A DNA stretch of 64,000 nt from Candidatus Cloacimonadales bacterium. GTDB taxonomy: Bacteria; Cloacimonadota; Cloacimonadia; Cloacimonadales; JAFGVF01. Location of the stretch: the NCBI GenBank assembly GCA_963662585.1, contig OY759729.1, positions 2,944,001 through 3,008,000 of the forward strand, in the 5' to 3' direction. The notes below the pieces were generated by a model. It worked only from the letters and a program-made list of their open reading frames with translations. It was not told where the DNA came from and did not search any database. Each line of letters starts with the position of its first letter. The stretch's first letter is position 1. This document shows, piece by piece, positions 37,775 through 47,206 of this stretch. A program made the position numbers and the translations under genes.

Positions 37775-38481
37775 AGTTTATATCCAATTCTGTTAAAATT
37801 ATTATTTCTCTGGAAAAGACTTGTATATCTAAAAGAATCTCTGTTCATATCTATCAAATGAACTTTTAAATAATTGGTTGCTATCAATACTCCAGGAATC
37901 ATATCATCATCAGAAGAAACAATAAATACACCTTCATTTGGGTCTTTAGTATTACTTTTGTGAGAAATCTCTATCAAATCAGCTACAATCATTGAGTCAA
38001 CCAATTTCTGTTCATTTTGATAGAAGAAATCATGAAAGTAACCTTCATCACAAATTTTCCTTTCATTTTTTAAAACTGAAAACAAATCATTAACTTTGCA
38101 ATTTTGACATTTATTACATGTTTTATTAGTTCTAAAGATTTTTCTAATATTCCTATTCGTTCTATATGTAGCAGGTATAGTCACACCTTGAATTAATCCA
38201 AAAGCAATATCACATGTAACAGGTATATTAATATTGTCATGTATAATAGTAAAATTTCGGCTTCTACCAATTTTTTTTTGAACTAAGACCGACATATCAG
38301 TTTTATCCTTACCCCTCATCCATCCTCCATAAAGTCGGAAACACAGTTTAGAGTTTTTAAACAACTCACTTGAACAGGAAAAAATTATTTCTTCACAAAT
38401 TCTTTTTATTGAATTCTCTCTACTAATACTTTGAGGGAGATTATCATAATCTACTAGTATATATTTATCTTTTCTATTCAA
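37771..38481 (-). CDS. NYN/PIN-fold ribonuclease-like protein
   Basis: LVDYDNL, RLYGG, EQKLVDSMIVADL, IVSSDDDMIP acidic motifs. TTG start with AAGGAGG RBS. ATGA overlap with the NACHT gene. Confidence 0.8.
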   Translation of the reverse strand: MNRKDKYILVDYDNLPQSISRENSIKRICEEIIFSCSSELFKNSKLCFRLYGGWMRGKDKTDMSVLVQKKIGRSRNFTIIHDNINIPVTCDIAFGLIQGVTIPATYRTNRNIRKIFRTNKTCNKCQNCKVNDLFSVLKNERKICDEGYFHDFFYQNEQKLVDSMIVADLIEISHKSNTKDPNEGVFIVSSDDDMIPGVLIATNYLKVHLIDMNRDSFRYTSLFQRNNNFNRIGYKL

Positions 38482-38559
38482 GTAGCCTCCTTCTTTAGGA
38501 ATATATTAATTTATAAAAAAACTAAGTTTATAGTGTTGTCAAGAACTTTAATTTATTTT

Positions 38560-38799
38560 ATGGCATACCCCCATTTTTTCAAGGATTAATTTTCTTATTT
38601 TATTATCTATCAATTATTTATACTGTTTCTAAAAGTGTCTTAATATTAGCCTTGTTTACAAGCTTTCTAGTAATTTAAATGGAAAAGTATAAGTTTATTT
38701 GTAATGCCTATAAATCAATCTTTTCGGACACTATTGATAGCTAAAATAGTATAAAACTGAAAGTTCGCATACTATATCAAGTTTTTTTGGGTATGCCTG
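38560..38799. mobile_element. 240-bp MITE derived from the IS at 45572..47149
   Basis: Ends GGCATACCCCC / GGGTATGCCTG; 14-bp target duplication CTTTAATTTATTTT (38546-38559, 38800-38813); body aligns with about 46920..47149. Confidence 0.9.
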
Positions 38800-39372
38800 C
38801 TTTAATTTATTTTCTTGTACCATTAATAAATTATTATTGAAGAAGTAAAGATTCTATCAATATCTACTTTGAAAGTAAGCATATCCAATTATCATTAAAC
38901 AACAAAATTTAAAGCATACAGATTCTTTGGAAATCTTTCAAATAAGATTGCAAAGACATTAGTATCAATAAATGTCAAACTGTTATTGAATTAGTGAAGT
39001 TAGGCTGTATCATTAATGGATCAATGAAGATATTGTGTCATGTCTTGATTAAACCAAAGTACTCGCAAAACATTATATAATTTTTCTTTAATGTGTTTTT
39101 TGATCTTATCTAATTTTGCTTACAAATTCTTAGGATAATAGCCTTTTAAGTTGCAAAAAAGATATCAGTTGTAACAAAAGAATAGAAGCACAAGATATTG
39201 AGATATATGCTTACAAGTTATAAAAACTAAAGTAACTTTACACATTTATTCACATACATTCAATAATCTTCAACTTATTTCTAAGGAACATATATTACAT
39301 ATAAATTGTGCATGCAAAATAGTGGGATGTGTGTAATCTTAATTTATTATACGATTGCGATGAAAAATAAAT

Positions 39373-39398
39373 ATGGGGCATAGTTTATATATGCCCCA
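39373..39398 (-). terminator. Hairpin terminator after gpmA
   Basis: TGGGGCATA...TATGCCCCA stem just downstream of the stop codon, followed by a T-rich tail on the - strand. Confidence 0.65.
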
Positions 39399-39405
39399 AC
39401 AGATA

Positions 39406-40152
39406 TTATTTACTTTTCCCTTGATTAGCAACAGCTGCTTGAGCCTTGGCTATTTCATCTTGATTACCTAAGTATTTACTAGAAATAGGTTTCATGTTTT
39501 CATCTAATTCATAGACTAAAGGAATACCAGTAGGAATGTTTAATTTTAAAATATCTTCTTCAGAAATATTGTCTAAATATTTCACTAAAGCTCTGAGACT
39601 ATTACCGTGAGCAGCGATTATTAATCTTTTTCCGGCTTTAATATCAGGAACAATTTTCTCATTCCAATAAGGGAGTACTCTAGCCACTGTATCTTTCAAA
39701 CATTCAGTAAGAGGTAATTCTTCTTTGGTGAGTGAAGCATAACGAGGGTCATTGCCAGGGAATCTTTCATCAGCTTCTTCTAAGGCAGGAGGAGGAGTGT
39801 CGTAAGATCTTCTCCAAATAAGGACTTGGTCATCACCATATTTTTGAGCTGTTTCAGCTTTATTCAAACCTTGCAAAGCACCATAATGACGCTCATTTAA
39901 CTGCCAAGCACGCTCAACGGGAATCCACATAAGGTCTAAACCTTCAAGAGTATGCCATAAAGTTTTGATTGCTCTTTTCAATACTGAGGTATAAGCTTTA
40001 TCAAAAACAAATCCTTCTTCTTTAAGTAATTTACCCGCAGCAATTGCTTCTAAATTTCCCTTTTCTGACAATTCAACATCTGTCCAACCAGTGAATTTAT
40101 TCTCTTTATTCCATTGGGATTCACCATGTCTAATTAAAACTATTTTATACAT
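39406..40152 (-). CDS. gpmA: 2,3-bisphosphoglycerate-dependent phosphoglycerate mutase
   Basis: [30 protein letters not shown]. Confidence 0.98.
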   Translation of the reverse strand: MYKIVLIRHGESQWNKENKFTGWTDVELSEKGNLEAIAAGKLLKEEGFVFDKAYTSVLKRAIKTLWHTLEGLDLMWIPVERAWQLNERHYGALQGLNKAETAQKYGDDQVLIWRRSYDTPPPALEEADERFPGNDPRYASLTKEELPLTECLKDTVARVLPYWNEKIVPDIKAGKRLIIAAHGNSLRALVKYLDNISEEDILKLNIPTGIPLVYELDENMKPISSKYLGNQDEIAKAQAAVANQGKSK

Positions 40153-40258
40153 ATTTTTCCTTTAAATTATTTTAAACTCTATCTATTCTTATCAGTGTTT
40201 ATTAGTGTTATCCGTGGCTGATATTCTTCTATTTTCTTCAGATTTTTATGAATAAAGC

Positions 40259-40804
40259 CTAACACTCGATCTTTGTATCTATATTTTTATATTTGATTCC
40301 ACCATCATTGCGTTCTTCTTCTCTTGCCATGATATAAAGTAAGTCTGAGAGTCTGTTAACAAAAGCGATTATATTAGGATTTACTTCAGTATGATTATTT
40401 AATTCAATAATCCTGCGTTCAGCTCTTCTGGCAATGGTTCTACAAACATCTAATTTAGCAGACTGCAGAGTATTACCAGGAACCACAAATCCTGTAAGTT
40501 TAACTTTTTCTTCAAAATGATGAACACAATCAGTAAGTTTATCAATATCACTTACTTCAATTGGGGTAACGAAAGCTTTCTCAATCGAAGCTAACTCTCC
40601 CATTATTCTCATTAATTTATTCTGAACCTCTTCTAATATATCATGTATTTGGGAGATTTTAACAAAGTGTTTAGCCTCCCCAATATGAGAATCTAACTCA
40701 TCAACTGTACCATAAGATTCTACTCTAATGTCGGACTTCTTAATCCTCTGACCAGACCATAGGCTAGTCATCCCTTTATCGCCTCCCTTAGTAGAAATAC
40801 TCAT
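40259..40804 (-). CDS. pduO: ATP:cob(I)alamin adenosyltransferase (PduO type)
   Basis: TKGGDKGMT, YGTVDEL, CRTIARRAER, NRLSDLL. Confidence 0.9.
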   Translation of the reverse strand: MSISTKGGDKGMTSLWSGQRIKKSDIRVESYGTVDELDSHIGEAKHFVKISQIHDILEEVQNKLMRIMGELASIEKAFVTPIEVSDIDKLTDCVHHFEEKVKLTGFVVPGNTLQSAKLDVCRTIARRAERRIIELNNHTEVNPNIIAFVNRLSDLLYIMAREEERNDGGIKYKNIDTKIEC

Positions 40805-40813
40805 GTTAACTCC

Positions 40814-41185
40814 CTATTTAGTTGCAGTTACAGAAATTTCTACTAGTCCACCAAGTGGTAAAGCTGCAACTTCGAATGCGTAACGAGCAGGGAATGGAGC
40901 TTGAAAGTACTTACCATAAATTTCATTTACTACTTTGAATTGACCAAGATCCTTTAAGAAAACTTCTGCTTTCACTACATTCTCAAAACCCATACCAGCT
41001 TCTTCTAAGATGGCTTTTAAATTAGAGAAAACACGCTCTGCTTGAGCTGCAAATCCTTCTTCAAATTTACCTGTCTCAGGATTGATTCCTAAGGCTCCTG
41101 ATACGAATAAAAAACCGTTTGCTAAAACTGCTTGTGAGTAAGGTCCGACTGCTGCCGGAGCTTTTGGTGTTGATATAACTTTCAT
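40814..41185 (-). CDS. ridA: RidA/YjgF family enamine deaminase
   Basis: APAAVGPYSQA, FPAR, LPLGGLVEI. Confidence 0.9.
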   Translation of the reverse strand: MKVISTPKAPAAVGPYSQAVLANGFLFVSGALGINPETGKFEEGFAAQAERVFSNLKAILEEAGMGFENVVKAEVFLKDLGQFKVVNEIYGKYFQAPFPARYAFEVAALPLGGLVEISVTATK

Positions 41186-41567
41186 TTTAATTCTCCTAGA
41201 TATTTATATTTTTTACATATTAATTGATAGGGTTTGGATGTCAAATGAAAAATGATATTTCGCAGGAGAGATAACATATCAAGCTGTTTCAAAGAATGAT
41301 AAGTATAAGTATGATGACATAATTCAAAGAGTAAGAAGTCTATTCATCATCGCCTATCAAATCAGTATGTAGTCTTCAGAAGATTAGATTTGAATAACTC
41401 ACATATTTAGAAGCAAAAGAACCACTCCTAACTTAACAATATTCCAATTTTTCTTGACTGAAATATCTAATAGTAAAATAGTTAATTTATAGTTACAGTG
41501 AATTATTACTAGATTTTATTCTAAGTGGTATTTCCTGTTCAATAGTAGGATAAATGGAGGTTTAACT

Positions 41568-41729
41568 ATGAAGAAAGTTAAGAAAATTAAGAATAATTTA
41601 AGTGCTGTAAGAAGTGTTCAAATAGATCAAGGTGCTTATGATGGAAGATTTGCTCCGAAAGTTTATGATGATAAGAAAAAGAAAGTTAAGAGTGGTTATC
41701 GCAAGCATAAGAATCAAGATAATGGCTAG
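41568..41729 (+). CDS. 53-aa basic small protein, ArfA-like (absent from the ORF track)
   Basis: GGAGG RBS 7 nt before ATG. Translation MKKVKKIKNNLSAVRSVQIDQGAYDGRFAPKVYDDKKKKVKSGYRKHKNQDNG. Confidence 0.7.
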   Translation: MKKVKKIKNNLSAVRSVQIDQGAYDGRFAPKVYDDKKKKVKSGYRKHKNQDNG

Positions 41730-42149
41730 AATGATTTTATCTTGAGATCTTAATTTAAAAGAAGTTTACTAGTTTAAGATTAGTAGTTATAGTATTTAAT
41801 ACTAGTAGTTTATGTGATTTTATTTAGTTATAAATTACCCTCATAATGTTTTATCTCTAAGTCTTCATCCCTTGCTCCTTCTCACTCAATTCAATGATTT
41901 TTTGGTTTTAAATCGAAATGACAGTAATGGAGCAGAGGAGGAGGAATTGAAGTGGATTAAGGAAAGAAAGTATAAGAAACGCCCCCTCATCTGCAGACGC
42001 AATCTTCACCATAATATAGCCTCTGACAACAAGTTTTAGTTCAAATTTAACAATATTCCCCAAAAACATCCAAAAAGCCCAAAAATTATCTTGACATAAA
42101 AAGAGAATAATTAATCGATATAAATATATCTATAAAAAGAGGTGTAAAA

Positions 42150-42410
42150 ATGACCGACAAGAAAATGATAGATATCAGTATTTGTATGGGAAGTAGTTGT
42201 TATCCAAGAGGTAATAGAGAGACTTTAGAAAAATTGAAAGTTTATATCAGTGAAAACAAGCTAGAAGACCAGATAATAATGAAGGGAAATTTATGTGAAG
42301 GGCTCTGTAAAGATGGACCAAATATCAGAATTAATGGTGTAATATATCATGATATAGACTATTATAGCGTCCTAAAAGTAATAGTAGAAATTCTTGAACA
42401 GGGGGAATAA
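42150..42410 (+). CDS. Thioredoxin-like [2Fe-2S] ferredoxin (HfsA-like)
   Basis: ICMGSSC...LCEGLCKDGPN. Confidence 0.85.
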   Translation: MTDKKMIDISICMGSSCYPRGNRETLEKLKVYISENKLEDQIIMKGNLCEGLCKDGPNIRINGVIYHDIDYYSVLKVIVEILEQGE

Positions 42411-44134
42411 TGAATCCTAATAACTTACCAGTCTTTACCAGATTTGCAGATTGTCAAGATTGCTACAAATGCGTGCGTGGGTGTCCTGTAAAAGCAATTA
42501 AAGTTGAGAATCATCATGCTTCAATTATTCCAGATCTATGCATTCATTGTGGTCATTGTGTAGAGATATGTCCTGTAGAAGCTAAAAGAGTTCGCGATGA
42601 TTTATCTAAGTTGAAGATAAACATTTCCTTGAATAAGAAAGTTGTGATTTCTTTAGCTCCATCTTGGAGAAGTGAGTTTCCCCGTCTAAAGAAGGAGCAG
42701 ATGATTAGGGCTTTAAAGTTATTGGGTATTGCCCAAGTCTCTGAAACTGCTTTAGGAGCTGAGGAGGTAAACAGTCATTTAACAAGCTACTTGAGTGATG
42801 CACAGGGAATTAAAATTTCAACAGCATGTCCTACAATAGTAGAACTTGTTGAGAAGTTTTACCCAGCTTTAATAGAGAGATTAGTTCCCATGGATTCGCC
42901 TTTATTGGCTCACTGTAAGATGTTAAGAGAGCACTACGGACCAGATTTTCTTATAGGTTTTATCGGTCCTTGTATTTCCAAAAAATTAGAAGCTGATAAA
43001 TTTCCGGAGATATTAGCTTTTTCAATAACTTTTCAAGATTTACATAGATATTTCAAGGATAAGGGAATTAATCCCTATAATTTAGAAGTAGAAGAAGGAA
43101 TGGTATTTTCACCTACTAGTGCTAAGGAGGGTACTCTTTATCCCATCGAAGGAGGGATGATAGATACCTTACAAATTATCGGAGAAAGCAATTATCAAAG
43201 CTATTCTATTTCAGGAACTGACGAAATAATAAAGCTATTTGATGATTTACTGGAAAGAGGGGTTAAGAAGAATATCTTTATAGAGACTCTTTCTTGTAAG
43301 GGTGGTTGTATCAACGGTCCTGGGTGTATAAAAGAAAAATCATATCTCTTAAAGGAGATGGAAATCATTGAGCACAATCCTTTTGTTGGGAAGAAGACTT
43401 TAGCTTCAAGTAAGGTAGATATTAAGCAAGATTATACTCAGAAATCAGTAACAATAGAAAAGGGTAATGGTTTATCTATTGCTGAAGTATTTAAAACAAT
43501 AGGAAAGAATCGTCCTGAAGATGAAAAGAACTGTGGGGGATGTGGCTATAATACCTGTAGGGAATTTGCTCAAGCTATTATTGATGGCAAAGCTGAAGCC
43601 TCAATGTGTGTTTCTTATTTGAGAAGTTTGGCACAAAAGAAGGCGAATGCTCTCTTTAGAACCATGCCTTCTGGGGTGATTATTGTGAATAAAGAGATGA
43701 TTATTCAAGAGTCTAATACAAATTTCTTTAAGATATTAGGATTAGATTCTCATTTTTCCACTGACTCAATCGAACTTGATGGAGCTCACTTAGATAAAAT
43801 GATAAGCTTCACAGGAATGTTCAAAGAGGTTTTAGAAAAGGGGAAAGATATATTAGACAAAGAGTTGAGGTATGGAAATAAATTTCTTAAAATATCTATC
43901 TTCTCAATAGAAAAACATGAACTGGTTGGTGCTGTTTTACAAGATATCACTCTTCCTTCAACTGCGAGAGACCATACCATAATGCAAGCAAAGAAAGTGA
44001 TAAATAAAAATTTAGACATGGTTCAGAAAATTGCCTATTTGCTAGGAGAGAATGCTGCAGAAGTAGAGATTGCTTTAGATTCTATTATTGATATTTCGGG
44101 TATAGATAAAGCAGAAAAGGTTTCTGAGGAATAA
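42410..44134 (+). CDS. Sensory [FeFe]-hydrogenase-like protein with FeS and PAS domains (HfsB-like)
   Basis: Two [4Fe-4S] motifs; H-cluster-like STACP, GPCISKKLE, LSCKGGCINGP; NCGGCGYNTC FeS domain; PAS-like C-terminus. Confidence 0.9.
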   Translation: MNPNNLPVFTRFADCQDCYKCVRGCPVKAIKVENHHASIIPDLCIHCGHCVEICPVEAKRVRDDLSKLKINISLNKKVVISLAPSWRSEFPRLKKEQMIRALKLLGIAQVSETALGAEEVNSHLTSYLSDAQGIKISTACPTIVELVEKFYPALIERLVPMDSPLLAHCKMLREHYGPDFLIGFIGPCISKKLEADKFPEILAFSITFQDLHRYFKDKGINPYNLEVEEGMVFSPTSAKEGTLYPIEGGMIDTLQIIGESNYQSYSISGTDEIIKLFDDLLERGVKKNIFIETLSCKGGCINGPGCIKEKSYLLKEMEIIEHNPFVGKKTLASSKVDIKQDYTQKSVTIEKGNGLSIAEVFKTIGKNRPEDEKNCGGCGYNTCREFAQAIIDGKAEASMCVSYLRSLAQKKANALFRTMPSGVIIVNKEMIIQESNTNFFKILGLDSHFSTDSIELDGAHLDKMISFTGMFKEVLEKGKDILDKELRYGNKFLKISIFSIEKHELVGAVLQDITLPSTARDHTIMQAKKVINKNLDMVQKIAYLLGENAAEVEIALDSIIDISGIDKAEKVSEE

Positions 44135-44136
44135 GC

Positions 44137-45333
44137 ATGCAATTAGATAAGAACTTTTTTATAGAAGTGGCTTCTGTTCAGAAATTTAAGCATGGACAAA
44201 GAGTTTGTGGCGACACTTTTAAAAGTATGAAAGTTGATCATGATAAAAGAATTCTAGCAGTTCTTTCAGATGGATTAGGTAGCGGTGTTAGAGCGAATGT
44301 TATTTCTACAATGACAGCTACAATGGCCATAACCTATTCATCAAATAAATATGATAATATTAAAGCTGCTGAGACTATTATGAATACTCTTCCTATTGAT
44401 AGTGTTCGAAAAATAAGCTATGCTACTTTTACTATCGTAGATATCGATTATGCTGGTAGATGTGATATTATTGATTATGATAATCCCCCTTTTATTCTGA
44501 TAAGGAATGGTAAAAGATATGAAGTTCCTATAAAGAAATATAATGGTAATATCAGCAATTTAGCTAGGAAATACACTTTAAATATGTCTAGGTTTAATCT
44601 ACAATTAGGCGATAAGCTAATTATCTTTTCAGATGGAGTAAATCAATCAGGAATGGGCTCTAATGCTTTTCCTTTTGGTTGGGGGATAGTAAAAGTGCAA
44701 GAATTTTGTGAATACTTATCTAGTAAATATCCAAATCTTTCTGCTAGAAGCTTTGCTCAAGAGATAGTAGAACATGCCAATGCAAATAGTAATTATAAGC
44801 CCCAAGATGATATTACCTGTTGTGTTATAAATATCAGGGAGCCAAGAAGATTAGTTGTTATGACAGGTCCTCCAATAGATAAAGCTAGAGATAGTTATCT
44901 TGCTGAGATCATTAATAATTTCTCAGGTAAAAAGGCTATTTGTGGAGGAACTACTGCTAAAATTCTTTCACGAGAACTCCAAGAAGATGTGGAAGTTGAT
45001 ATCACTTCTTTAGACCCAATAGTACCCTGTTCTTCCAAAATGCAGGGGGTTGATTTAGTTACTGAAGGTATGATAACCATGGGTGAAGCATTAAGATATC
45101 TAAAGAGTAAAGAGTTTATTGAGGATGTTAAAACTGAGAATGGGGCGACTAAGTTGGTGAAACTATTCTTAAATAGTGATATTATTGAATTTTATGTAGG
45201 GACAAAAATCAACGATGCTCATCAGGACCCTAATATGCCAATCGAATTAGGTATTAGAAGAAATACTATTAGAAGAATAGCAAATGCTTTAGAAAAACGC
45301 TATTTAAAAGATACTAAAATCACTTTTGTATAA
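44137..45333 (+). CDS. SpoIIE/PP2C-like serine phosphatase (HfsC-like)
   Basis: VCGD, LSDGLGSG, FSDGV, DDIT motifs; operon context. Confidence 0.9.
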   Translation: MQLDKNFFIEVASVQKFKHGQRVCGDTFKSMKVDHDKRILAVLSDGLGSGVRANVISTMTATMAITYSSNKYDNIKAAETIMNTLPIDSVRKISYATFTIVDIDYAGRCDIIDYDNPPFILIRNGKRYEVPIKKYNGNISNLARKYTLNMSRFNLQLGDKLIIFSDGVNQSGMGSNAFPFGWGIVKVQEFCEYLSSKYPNLSARSFAQEIVEHANANSNYKPQDDITCCVINIREPRRLVVMTGPPIDKARDSYLAEIINNFSGKKAICGGTTAKILSRELQEDVEVDITSLDPIVPCSSKMQGVDLVTEGMITMGEALRYLKSKEFIEDVKTENGATKLVKLFLNSDIIEFYVGTKINDAHQDPNMPIELGIRRNTIRRIANALEKRYLKDTKITFV

Positions 45334-45347
45334 ATAAAGAGGAAAAA

Positions 45348-45605
45348 ATGAATGAACAAATCAGAATAACAGTTTGTTGTGGTACAACTTGCCACTTGAT
45401 GGGAAGCTCAGAAATACTAATTTATAAAGATGAGATTGAAGCAAAATATAATCATCAAGTTGCTATTTATGGCTCTCCTTGTTTAGGGAACTGTAAGGAT
45501 TACGCTGCTGTAAATGCTCCTTTCGTTCTTGTTGGAGATGAGTTAATCTGTCAAGCTAACAAAGATAAAATCTGGCATACCCCCATTATTTTTATAAGAA
45601 ATTGA
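45348..45605 (+). CDS. Second [2Fe-2S] ferredoxin-like protein with its 3' end replaced by IS insertion
   Basis: CCGTTCHLMG...CLGNC. The original tail (I)TAYLNKIFNIEE* lies at 47164-47203 beyond the IS. Confidence 0.85.
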   Translation: MNEQIRITVCCGTTCHLMGSSEILIYKDEIEAKYNHQVAIYGSPCLGNCKDYAAVNAPFVLVGDELICQANKDKIWHTPIIFIRN

Positions 45606-47149
45606 TCCGTAGTTGTAGCTTGTCATGATATTCCCCCTTGTGCGGTATAATTTTATTCAATTTAGTGTTATTAAATATGTGCTTTATGATTCTACTCAGT
45701 TTGTAATAGACATAGGTATGATTCTTATAATTAGTGCTACCGAACTCAGGGAATTGATATAAAAGTTCTTCCAGATATTTTATTGTAGAATAAACTATAT
45801 CTACTGCCACCATTAATATAACATTAATATTTTTCAATCCTACATAACTCATCAGCTGAACTTTTTCCCAATTAAACTCCTGCTTGATATGTCTATGGAA
45901 CTCTTCGATTTTCCATCTTTTTCTGTATCCTTTAACAGCTTTTAATATTATTTCATAGTCTGTCATTGTGCTATCATTAAAGTTACATAGAAAATAAAAC
46001 AAGCCTCCTTTTTTACCATGCCTTACAACAACTAAGTTTGCTTCAACTATATCTGGATGCTTACGTTTATGTGGATTAATTCTTATTTTCACTCTCTTTG
46101 TTCCGCAATTAAAAGTTTTATTATCAGATGTTTTAAACTCATGTTTAAGTTTAATTTGTCTTACTACTGATGAAAAGCTAACTTCGGTATTATCCTCAAT
46201 AAAAGATCTCTTACCTGTACTTCTAATTATATAGTTATTTTCATTATTTGAAAGTAAAGTTATTAACTTACGGCTATCATAACCTCTATCAAACACAAAA
46301 ATACCTTTATTATTACTGTGAATAGTAATATCTATAATTCTATCTTCAAGTATATTCTTAGAAGTATCTTCTTCTATAATATTACTATATAATTGACTGC
46401 ATATTGGGAGTATTGAATAGTTCTTACCATTATCTGTTAGTGATGCAATATTAAGTAAATGATAACCTTTCGCTCTTTGTCCGGTAGAACCATCTCTAAC
46501 TCTTGATAGTCCTTCTAACTTATTTGATTCTGGCTTCAATATATCTGATTCATCAACTATAAAATATGTGTCATTGGTAGCTTTTGCACTGTTGTATTTT
46601 AACAAATTTTCACTTACCACTTTTCCAATTTTCTCATTCTTTAGGTTTCTATATAATCTCTCACATACTTTATCTAAACTAATTTCTTCATGTAAACTTG
46701 TTGCTATTTGTCGAACAATAACCGAGCTACTTGAAATGACTACTTTCGTTATATCTTTCAAGGCTTTATGCTCAGGAATAGTTAAGCCTTCTGAATATTT
46801 TTTTACTCTTTTTGAAAATTTACCTTGTAATTTTATTATATTCTGTTTTTTTAAATCCATTGTTAAAGTGCTCCTTTAGAAATTATTTGGTAGATAATCT
46901 AATTGTATTTAGGAGCACTTTTTTTGCAAGGATTATTTTTCTTATTTTATTATCTATCAATTAGTTATACTATTTCTAAAAGTGTCTTAATATTAGCCTT
47001 ATTTGCAAGCTTTCTCGTAATTTTAATAGAAAAGTTTAAGTTTATTCGTAATACCTATAAATCAATCTTTTTAGACAATTTTTATATCTAACTTACTATA
47101 AAACTGAAAGTTCACTATATTATATCAAAGTTTTTTGGGGGTATGCCTG
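45572..47149 (-). mobile_element. IS4-family insertion sequence (1578 bp)
   Basis: Inverted ends CTGGCATACCCCC / GGGGGTATGCCTG; perfect 14-bp target duplication AACAAAGATAAAAT (45558-45571, 47150-47163). Confidence 0.95.
45592..46860 (-). CDS. IS4-family DDE transposase
   Basis: IVDESD, VFDRGYD, YRKRWKIEEFHRHIKQ. RBS lies in the hairpin AAAGTGCTCCT...AGGAGCACTTT. Confidence 0.9.
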   Translation of the reverse strand: MDLKKQNIIKLQGKFSKRVKKYSEGLTIPEHKALKDITKVVISSSSVIVRQIATSLHEEISLDKVCERLYRNLKNEKIGKVVSENLLKYNSAKATNDTYFIVDESDILKPESNKLEGLSRVRDGSTGQRAKGYHLLNIASLTDNGKNYSILPICSQLYSNIIEEDTSKNILEDRIIDITIHSNNKGIFVFDRGYDSRKLITLLSNNENNYIIRSTGKRSFIEDNTEVSFSSVVRQIKLKHEFKTSDNKTFNCGTKRVKIRINPHKRKHPDIVEANLVVVRHGKKGGLFYFLCNFNDSTMTDYEIILKAVKGYRKRWKIEEFHRHIKQEFNWEKVQLMSYVGLKNINVILMVAVDIVYSTIKYLEELLYQFPEFGSTNYKNHTYVYYKLSRIIKHIFNNTKLNKIIPHKGEYHDKLQLRINFL

Positions 47150-47206
47150 AACAAAGATAAAATCACTGCCTATCTTAATAAAATATTCAATATTGAGGAG
47201 TAAGAT

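Noticed and set aside
41860..41960. Pyrimidine-rich/purine-rich imperfect inverted repeat upstream of the hydrogenase operon (riboswitch?)
   Set aside because: Pairing is loose and no riboswitch consensus is recognisable.
46903..47091. 62-aa hydrophobic ORF in the IS left end
   Set aside because: AT-rich non-coding IS end with no RBS; probably spurious.
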